A stretch of 64,000 nt of DNA from Minutocellus sp. GHC0000111 (Eukaryota): the NCBI GenBank assembly GCA_977018835.1, contig OZ361260.1:3224001-3288000 (forward strand), in the 5' to 3' direction. Under the pieces are notes generated by a model. It was not told where the DNA came from. It saw only the letters and a list, made by a program, of their open reading frames with translations, and did no database searches. Position numbers and translations under genes: made by a program. Position 1 is the stretch's first letter. Each line of letters opens with the position of its first letter. This document shows positions 56,508-64,000 of the stretch, piece after piece.

Positions 56508-59026
56508 ATGGCACCACGCAAGAGTATAGGACGGAGACTTAGTGCTATCATCACGTCTCCTCTCACGTCGAGAAGTGTTGCCAAGCCTCCTTGGTCGTCA
56601 GATGAGGGCGATGATGGTAGTAGGAGTAGCAGCAGGATCGACGACGACGGTGGGTATGCTACTAGTAGGCAAAGCACAACGAAGACTGCCCGGTCGTCAA
56701 ATTCCAAGCCATCCATGTTTTCAATGAGCAAGGCCAGTAGCAGCAAGCCGTCCAACAAGAGAAGAGGAAAAAAGGTGAAGAAGGGGACGTCGAGACGAGG
56801 AAGAGGAAGGCGTGGTCGTCACCACTATTCTTCGGAGTCTGCGTCGTACTACTCTGACGAAGCCTCCCTATCGCCGCTTAGCGATGTTGACGAGAGCGAT
56901 TCCTATTATTCCAAGACTTCCCACACTCCTTCTACGAGTATTTCATCGGATCATCGCCACCGCCACCGAGGGAGAAGACGGCGGCATCACCAACAGCAGC
57001 ATTACCACCATAGCAGTAGCCAAAGGCATAAATCTTCACCAGTTGATAAAGATGACTTTTTGACCAGGGAGGAGCTTCATCACTTTCCGGCCAAGAAATT
57101 GCGGAAACGCTGTCGCCGTGCTGGTATCGATGCAAGTCGAATGGTGGACAAGGCGGACATGGTGCGAGCTCTCCATGATTACTACCGCCGTCAATCCAAT
57201 TCACGTCATGGTGGTACTGTTACTGCGGCTATTCCAACAAACATTGTCGAGCTTGACGAACCAACGAGTCAAATGGTTGAAATCTTGCATGAAATCGTAC
57301 CCTTCTACGGGCAGGGCGATGATAAGTCCGATGCCGTCGTTCGGGATACCATTCAAAGGCTGCCACAGCACGCCTTGGACTATCCCGACGCCGAATCAGG
57401 CAGTACCACCCTCATCTTTGCATGCCAGTGCGGTGCAGAGGACCTGGTAGAGATCTTGATTTCCAAGGGATGCGATGCAAATGCTCGAAACTCCAACGGC
57501 GTCGCTCCTTTGCACTGTGCATGTTACAGCGATTCCTTCTCCCCGGCGATCGCCAAGCTCCTCGTGGACAATGGCGCTGTTGCAGAGATAATCGAGGATC
57601 AATTCGGTTGTTCGCCGCTGCATTGGGCGGGCTATTCGGGCAACTTTGAGCTTTGCAGCCTCCTCTGCCGTGCCGGGGCCAACCCAAGAACAGTCGATAA
57701 CACCAGTTGCGACCCGATTGCGTACGCCGAACAGTCCGGCAATGACGAGTGTGTCCAGTATTTGACATCGTTGGCACAATCCAACGCTAATAATGCCTCG
57801 ACGACCACACCGACGCGTGCTTCGTTGAGAAGTGTTGATGCAGCAGCGGCAGCAGTACTTTCGACGACAGCCAGCAAGGCAAGAAAATTGGCGGAGGTAT
57901 CGGCCTCTCTCCCCCGAGTCCAAGAAATGCCCGCTGCCCACGACGAAGCAGCTTCTACGTCCAAAGTGGTACATGTAGCGTCCAGGGAGCCTCCCGCTGC
58001 CCACGACGAAGCAGCTTCTACGTCCAAAGTGGTAGCGTCCAGGGAGCTTCCTTCTTCTGTCGAGGTACCGGTGTCAGACAGCCTCGCTGCTGCCGTCGGT
58101 GTCCTCTCGCCTCTACCTGTTGATAGTAGTACTGGGCCCAGAAATGATTCGACCAAACCAGCGGCGCCCACCTCCACAACCCTTACAAACGATACGTTCG
58201 AAGAGCGATTATCGGCGCTTCAAAGCAAAATGGAAGAGCAGTTCATTCAACAACTGAACAAAATTGAGGGGCGGCTTACTGAGCAACAGAACCAGCAGCA
58301 GGCTGGGCAGTGGACAACATCTGCAAACGGCGGAACCGAAAGTGGCGTGGCAACCAACGAAAGCCAGTCACTCGCTGAAATGACCTCCAAAGTTGTGCAG
58401 CTGCAGGCTGATATCGGCAGCAAAGACATTGAGATTGTATCATTGAAGCGCGACATTTCGACTTTGGAGGCCAAGTTGACCAAGCTGGAAAGCAAGGGTG
58501 GAAGGCCATCGACCTCGTCAAAGCGGATGATGCGAGATGCCGGTGTGGGTGAGTGCAGCATCTTGGACGGATCGAGCGGCAACTCAGTACCTCACGTCGG
58601 TACTGACACTGAATCAAAGACAAAGAAGCGCATCGAAAGTGATCTCGACGCCAAGTCCAAGGAGCTCGCATGCCTTCAGGAGCAGATGGCAGACCTCGAG
58701 ATCCAGCTGGGCTCGGCCAAGCAGGAAATTATCGCGGCTCAAGACAAACAAGCCCTGGCGGAACGTCTCATGGCTGCGAGTGAAGAACAATTGGCCAAGG
58801 AACGAGTTGCCAAGGAGGATATCCTTCGTTTATTGGAACAAACCAAACAAGGAGCGCAGGTCGGAGAAGAAATATCACGCTCCATCAAGGAGGAGAGTGC
58901 AAAGGATAAGGAAACCATTGCTCGGCTAGAACTCGACCTCAAGAGTTTGGAGATTGTCAAGACTGACGAAATTGCTGTTTTGCAGAGCCAAATCGACCAC
59001 AAGGAACAAAAGCTGGTTGCCGATGG
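56508..59026 (+). CDS. Ankyrin-repeat plus coiled-coil protein, truncated at the 3' end by the duplicated segment
   Basis: GSTTLIFAC, GVAPLHCAC, GCSPLHWAG and DPIAYA ankyrin repeats; heptad-rich C-terminal region. The last 21 codons of the tracked ORF come from the duplicated segment. Confidence 0.85.
57930..58047 (+). repeat. 63-bp in-frame tandem repeat (PAAHDEAASTSKVV..ASRE x2)
   Basis: Units start at 57930 and 57993; the second lacks 6 nt. Confidence 0.9.
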
Positions 59027-60800
59027 AAGTTCTGCAGTTCTGATTCTTTGGGGCAAGCAATTTGCACTACTTCTCAGGCTTCCCAGGCCATGAAACAATT
59101 TCTTCCGGATCTAGATTGCGGTGCTGACTCTATTACTCAAGAGGTTGATGAGAAAACTGGATCCACCGACGAGCTATCGCGCCTCATCTTTTTGAGTGCC
59201 ATCGGCGTTACCGCTCAGGACCCCTTCTCGGATATTATGACATGCGCTCAACTCCGCCTCGCCCGATCAATGCACTGCTACCGAAGTCAGCGATGGATCC
59301 GACTGCGTCTTTTGCACGTCGGACTCGGTCCAGCAGTCGATCTGTACCACTGAGAGTGCCTCTGAAATGATCAAACAACTGCTTCCCGACCTCGATTGTG
59401 GAAGTGGTAGTGATCATGAGAAGGCTGCCGAAGATTCAACATCCAGCCCCACGGCCAAGGACAACATCCAAGATCTCCTCCTCTGCGCGCAGAGCGGAGC
59501 CAGCGCCGATCAGTGTGCCTCGACCGAGATGAGCGACGGGGAGCACTGCGTCATGTGCAAGAGCGCCAGCGTTCAGCAAGATCTGTGTACCACCCCCAGC
59601 GCCTCGAGCATGATGAAGAGCTTCATCCCTGACCTCAAGTGCGGTTCCGATACTGCCGATACTACCACTACTGCTGGCAAGGCCAAGAGTGCCATCGATG
59701 ATTCGATCCAGGATATCATGACGTGCGCCCAAGCCAGCACGTCGGCGGACAACTGCCAGTCCACTTCCATCAGTAATGGATCCGACTGTCTCTTCTGTAC
59801 TTCGCGCTCACTGCGTACCTCGGTCTGTACAACGGCTGAGGCCTCCGAGATGATCAAGGGATTCGTCCAGGATGTGAAGTGCAGTGGCGATGTCAATGGT
59901 CTTCGTGGTGGAAAGGCTGCGGGTAAGGATAATGAAGGTATGCTCGATCTCATCCCCTCGTCGTGCATTCCCAGCAGTGGTCTAGATGACGAGGCCTGCT
60001 CAGAGGCCAAGGACAGCTCGACTGGCGAGGACTGCGTCTGGTGTCCCTCGTTGGCTGGCAACTATGGCATGTGCCTGTCGCATGAAGAGGCTGCCATCGC
60101 ATCCAAGAAGGGCTGGCTCAAGTGCCCCGAGGTGTTAACCATTGCAATTGAGTAAATTGATGCCGACATCTTTCTTCTATGTTCTACCGATACCTTGGGC
60201 GATTCTTTCTGAACGAAGTAGCTACTGTAAAAATTAGGCAAATCTTGTGAATAATAATCTACATTGTTTTTACTATGATAGCGTTATGATAGCGGAACAC
60301 CATAATGTGTGTTCTTGAAAAATACTGCAAGATAGCTGCAGTCAATCCCTTGCTGCAATAGCGTTGTGCTGATTACATGTATGCAAAGGTTTCGCCAAAT
60401 AACCGAGCTTGACTTATTCTCGGTCGGCGGTAGTCTTCTTTTCCCTTTCCGGTAGAGCACGGCCTCGGCTCAGCCACGGCCGTTTAAGTGACTTGGCACG
60501 TGGGCTGAACTCCATGAGAGCTTCTCCGTACTCTTTTCGGTGACATTCGTCATCGTCAATGTCGCAGGAAGAGCTGGCGATGATGGTGGCATCGGAGTCA
60601 TCGTCGTGAATCTTCTTGATGAGCGGAGTCTGAGTCCGAAGGGCCCGGATGCGCTTCTTCGTACCAACGAGTTTTCGAAGGAGCCATACTTTGGATGGTT
60701 TCAATTTGACCTTCTTCTCATGGTCGAGATCTTGGTCATTCACATCTTCGACAACGACATCGGGAGTTGACGATATAGAGTTGCGACGTTTCTTCTTGGC
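59027..60800. repeat. Second copy of 29086-30859 (5'-truncated Cys-repeat gene on + and the 3' end of the 30473 gene on -)
   Basis: No differences seen, including the shared frameshift. Ends exactly at the N gap. Confidence 0.95.
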
Positions 60801-61000
60801 NNNNNNNNNNNNNNNNNNNNNNNNNNNNNNNNNNNNNNNNNNNNNNNNNNNNNNNNNNNNNNNNNNNNNNNNNNNNNNNNNNNNNNNNNNNNNNNNNNNN
60901 NNNNNNNNNNNNNNNNNNNNNNNNNNNNNNNNNNNNNNNNNNNNNNNNNNNNNNNNNNNNNNNNNNNNNNNNNNNNNNNNNNNNNNNNNNNNNNNNNNNN
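60801..61000. other. Assembly gap (200 N)
   Basis: Run of 200 n. Confidence 1.
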
Positions 61001-61065
61001 TCAGCTTATAACCAGCAAGCTGAATTCATTATAAAATGTATGTAGATACTCGTTATTGCTCTATG

Positions 61066-62769
61066 CTACCTCTGCTGCAGGAATCGCTCGGGTATTCTTT
61101 TATGCCGCGGACCTCCGGCATCATCGGCGATGGTGTAAACGTACAAGTTATCTTGACTCGGATATATTCCCACCTCTAGCACGCGCCCAAAAATGTCACT
61201 TTTGCCTGACGAGGGGCGGTAAGTCACTGGAGACCGCGGTGGGTACTTGGCAGTTGTTGCTTGGTACGCCGGCAATACGATGAGATCATTTGTGAGAGGG
61301 ACCTCGTCCGAGATTGATGCTTCGTTTGTGGTTTCATCCTCTACAACTGGTGTAGGATTTCCCCCGAGGTCTGAAGCTGCCGACTTGATTTCTGAAGAAG
61401 AAATTATTGACAAGTCAAATTTCCCTTTGCTTTTGAGATATGAAAGCCGCTTTGAGAGCTTCGCCGGTGTTCGATCCAATGAGTGAGTCTCTTTCACCCT
61501 GTCCCAAAGTCCATTTCGTAGCTTTCCATGATCGCGCAATTCTTTTGCTGCTTCCTTGATAATTATTTCATCTTCCTCAGCCTTAGATGCCCCACCGTGG
61601 GTGGTATTGGCTTTGCGCTTGTCATTAAATGCAGTCGCTGACTGGTCGACATTCTTCAAAATGTACCAGCGCTTTGAGAGCTGCTTGGCGTCTCGATGCA
61701 TGGAGTATTTCTCGACGACGCTTGACCAAAAACCATTCGGAAGTTTATTCGAACCACTCTCTTGTTTCTGTTGCGCCACTGCATCTCTTATAATTGCATC
61801 TTCAGCATCTGTGAAGAGACCACTGCTCTTGTCATTCTTTACGCCCTTCGATTTCTTCATTTGTCTCTTCTTATACGAGTAGTGATCTTGTAGCTGCTTT
61901 GCGGAAAGGCCACGGTTGGTGAAGTGATCTTGCAATACCTTCGCCCAGAAGCCAGACCGAACCTGTACCCTCTTGCCTTTTGACATGTCTATATCTTTCT
62001 GAATAAGGTCCGCTATTACTTCTAAGTCGGTTTCTGTAAGTTTGTCCCCAGAATGGGCATCAGGATCATCATTATTGGTATCGTTAGTTGGGGCTACTAC
62101 TAGTATAGAGCCCGCAGGAGACCTGCTTTCTACCCTGGACTTTTGGTTCTTCCTAGACAACTGATTTCTCAGTCGAGAAACGAGCATTTCAGCTGTAAAT
62201 TCTCGGCCTGCAAAATATTCTTTATGGATTCTCTCCCAGAAACCTCGTCGGACCCTTGTTTTGCCACTTTCCTCAAGATCCTTCGCAACGAGTTCCTCTA
62301 CGAGTCTATCGTCCTCCTCCGTGAAGATAGACCTGGCTTTATTGATGCCCGCCTTCTCCAAATTTGTATCAATAATCTTCACCAAGGCCTTCGCTGCACT
62401 GTGTGAAAACTTGTAGTGCTTCGCCAACATATCTCCGGCCATCCTTTTGCGCGTCGGTGGCTCACCTGCTTCGTCATCGCTACTATCATATGCCTCAAGC
62501 TACCGCTGGTACTCTTCATCAGCTCCCAAACCACATGCCTTGAGCTCGGCTCGAACAATGCCCTCCCACCCGTCGGGAAGCTCGGAGGTATCGATTTCGT
62601 TGGGAATAACGAGAGCCGAAGATACGGGCACCGAGGACGGTCCAGCATCTTCTGCTGGTCGTGCCTTTTTACTTTTGCCACTTGCAGTCTCGCCGCCTTC
62701 ACCCGCACCTTCACCCACGCCCGAGGGCAAAGATTCCCCTTCGGTGCTCTTGCGCTTCACGCTGACCAT
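61066..62769 (-). CDS. Protein with four Myb/SANT-like repeats and a C-terminal beta-rich module; in-frame TAG at 62502-62500; 567 codons
   Basis: Repeats FTEEDDRLV..GFWERI, LTETDLEVI..GFWAKV, FTDAEDAII..GFWSSV..QLSKRW and AEEDEIII..GLWDRV..KLSKRL. ORFs 62769-62500 and 62442-61066 are in one frame, separated only by the TAG and 19 sense codons. Confidence 0.75.
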
Positions 62770-63006
62770 AACACCGACGGTTATTCAAATCATGTGTTGG
62801 ATTTGAGAAAGTTAACGAGAAAGTTGCAAGAGGTGTTCTGCCCCCTATTATTCTACATCTGGGAGACCCCTAAATGTAATTGACGTATGGCGGACAGACA
62901 TCCCACATCGTCATACGTCAGATCGTCAACTCGTCAACGTCACTTTGCTTTTCATTTCTCGGTCATGGCCATGGCCGTCGAATGTAGCACAGCCGGCGCC
63001 AGGAGC

Positions 63007-64000
63007 ATGGCAGCAAAGACGGGGGCGCCACGCCGTTCACGGAGAGCATGTCTCATCATCCTCTTTTCATTAGTATCAACAATTTCCGCCAAGGGCACAT
63101 CGTCACATTATCATGGCGTCCACCCGCGAGCATCACGCCAACTTCACGGTGTCATGGCCAGCCAACACGTACGTCAGCGGCCATCGATGACAACATTGAA
63201 TCTGCTCCGAGGCGGCGGTGTTGGGCGAAGCAGCAAAAATAATGAGGTTGCCGCCAAATCTGCAACTGCAACAGCATCGGCAGAGCAGGCATCGCAGCCC
63301 TCGCTTGTTCCACTCCTCACCTCTACACTGCTACTCATGATCTCCCTATCAATTGTCTCGCTGTCACCCACACCGATACTGATCGATCAATTTGGACCCT
63401 CCCGAGCGACCCACATCCTTTCTACAATTGCCGCCGTTGCTGCGGCATCGGAGATAATCCTCAGCCCGATATTGGGAGCGCTGCTCGACTCCATGGGACG
63501 GAAACCGGCGCTGCTGGCCTCCATATCGTCGGTGGCAATCATGCATGCACTGGTATCTACCAACACCAATGCCCTACCTGTGTGCATTGCGCGGTATTTG
63601 TGCTATGTGGCGCTCCCTCAATTCTTCGTGGCGTCGCAGGCTGTGGCGGGAGATGTACTGATGTCGACGCCCGATAAGATGGGATCACTGCTCGGTATTC
63701 AGAGCGCGTTAATCAGTGGAGGTTTCATCGGAGGAGTAAAAATCGCTGCACTTCTCGGAGAACGCGGACCAAAGGTTGCATATGGCGCATCATCCCTCCT
63801 GGCCGTTGTATCAGGCATGATATTAGCGTTCGGTCAAAGAGAAACCTTGGACGAGACACATAAGGTGCCATTTGATGTCAAGGAGACGAAGCGCAAAGTG
63901 ATTCAAGCGCCTATTGCTGCAGGACACCTCCTTGTTGGAAGAGGTCGAAAGATTGGCTTACTGGCACTGCTCTTTTCGCTACAATCGATGCCTACATTCA
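63007..64000 (+). CDS. MFS transporter (TetA/DHA1-like), running off the right edge
   Basis: Open frame from ATG 63007 (in-frame ATG also at 62965), missing from the ORF track. Signal peptide, LRGG, TM helices and MFS motif A ILGALLDSMGRKP. Confidence 0.85.
   Translation, partial: MAAKTGAPRRSRRACLIILFSLVSTISAKGTSSHYHGVHPRASRQLHGVMASQHVRQRPSMTTLNLLRGGGVGRSSKNNEVAAKSATATASAEQASQPSLVPLLTSTLLLMISLSIVSLSPTPILIDQFGPSRATHILSTIAAVAAASEIILSPILGALLDSMGRKPALLASISSVAIMHALVSTNTNALPVCIARYLCYVALPQFFVASQAVAGDVLMSTPDKMGSLLGIQSALISGGFIGGVKIAALLGERGPKVAYGASSLLAVVSGMILAFGQRETLDETHKVPFDVKETKRKVIQAPIAAGHLLVGRGRKIGLLALLFSLQSMPTF

Noticed and set aside
59027..59093. Hydrophobic C-terminal tail of the ankyrin ORF (SSAVLILWGKQFALLLRLPRP)
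   Set aside because: An out-of-frame translation of the duplicated segment, not part of the native protein.
9302..62502. Full ciliate-type UAR-to-Gln genetic code
   Set aside because: VTC4, SelH, clathrin light chain, CRAL-TRIO and others end at TAA/TAG where their conserved sequence ends, and most long ORFs have no internal UAR.

Overview
Gene-dense eukaryotic nuclear DNA, most likely from a diatom. This is inferred from short GT-AG introns of 90-142 nt, bipartite plastid-targeting 'SA-F' presequences, a frustulin-type CxGDCD module, a class C GPCR and a diatom-type LRR membrane protein. About 28 protein-coding genes are supportable. They include SmF, clathrin light chain, sialate O-acetylesterase, VTC4, a class C GPCR, a PhyH dioxygenase, a multi-KH protein, a DUF3626 protein, an AP2 factor, CRAL-TRIO, an NTT/TLC-type transporter, a K+ channel, an ABCC transporter, PITH, TBCC, an ankyrin protein, a multi-Myb/SANT protein and an MFS transporter. 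Main points not visible in the ORF track: (1) a selenoprotein H gene (CxxU, in-frame UGA at 45553-45555) with a 3'-UTR SECIS-like hairpin whose helix II is about 20 nt, longer than the canonical 11-13; (2) a 502-bp hAT-type MITE with 17-bp TIRs and an 8-bp TSD in a divergent promoter; (3) five genes interrupted by a single in-frame UAA/UAG with the protein continuing in frame; (4) a 12-bp palindrome, TAGGAATTCCTA, occurring three times, twice just upstream of a start codon; (5) a 1.77-kb apparently identical duplication fused into the ankyrin gene next to a 200-N gap. Many frameshifts and two chimeric-looking junctions suggest the consensus is error-prone in places, so gene lesions need read-level confirmation. 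All family calls come from motif recognition by eye; no searches were run.
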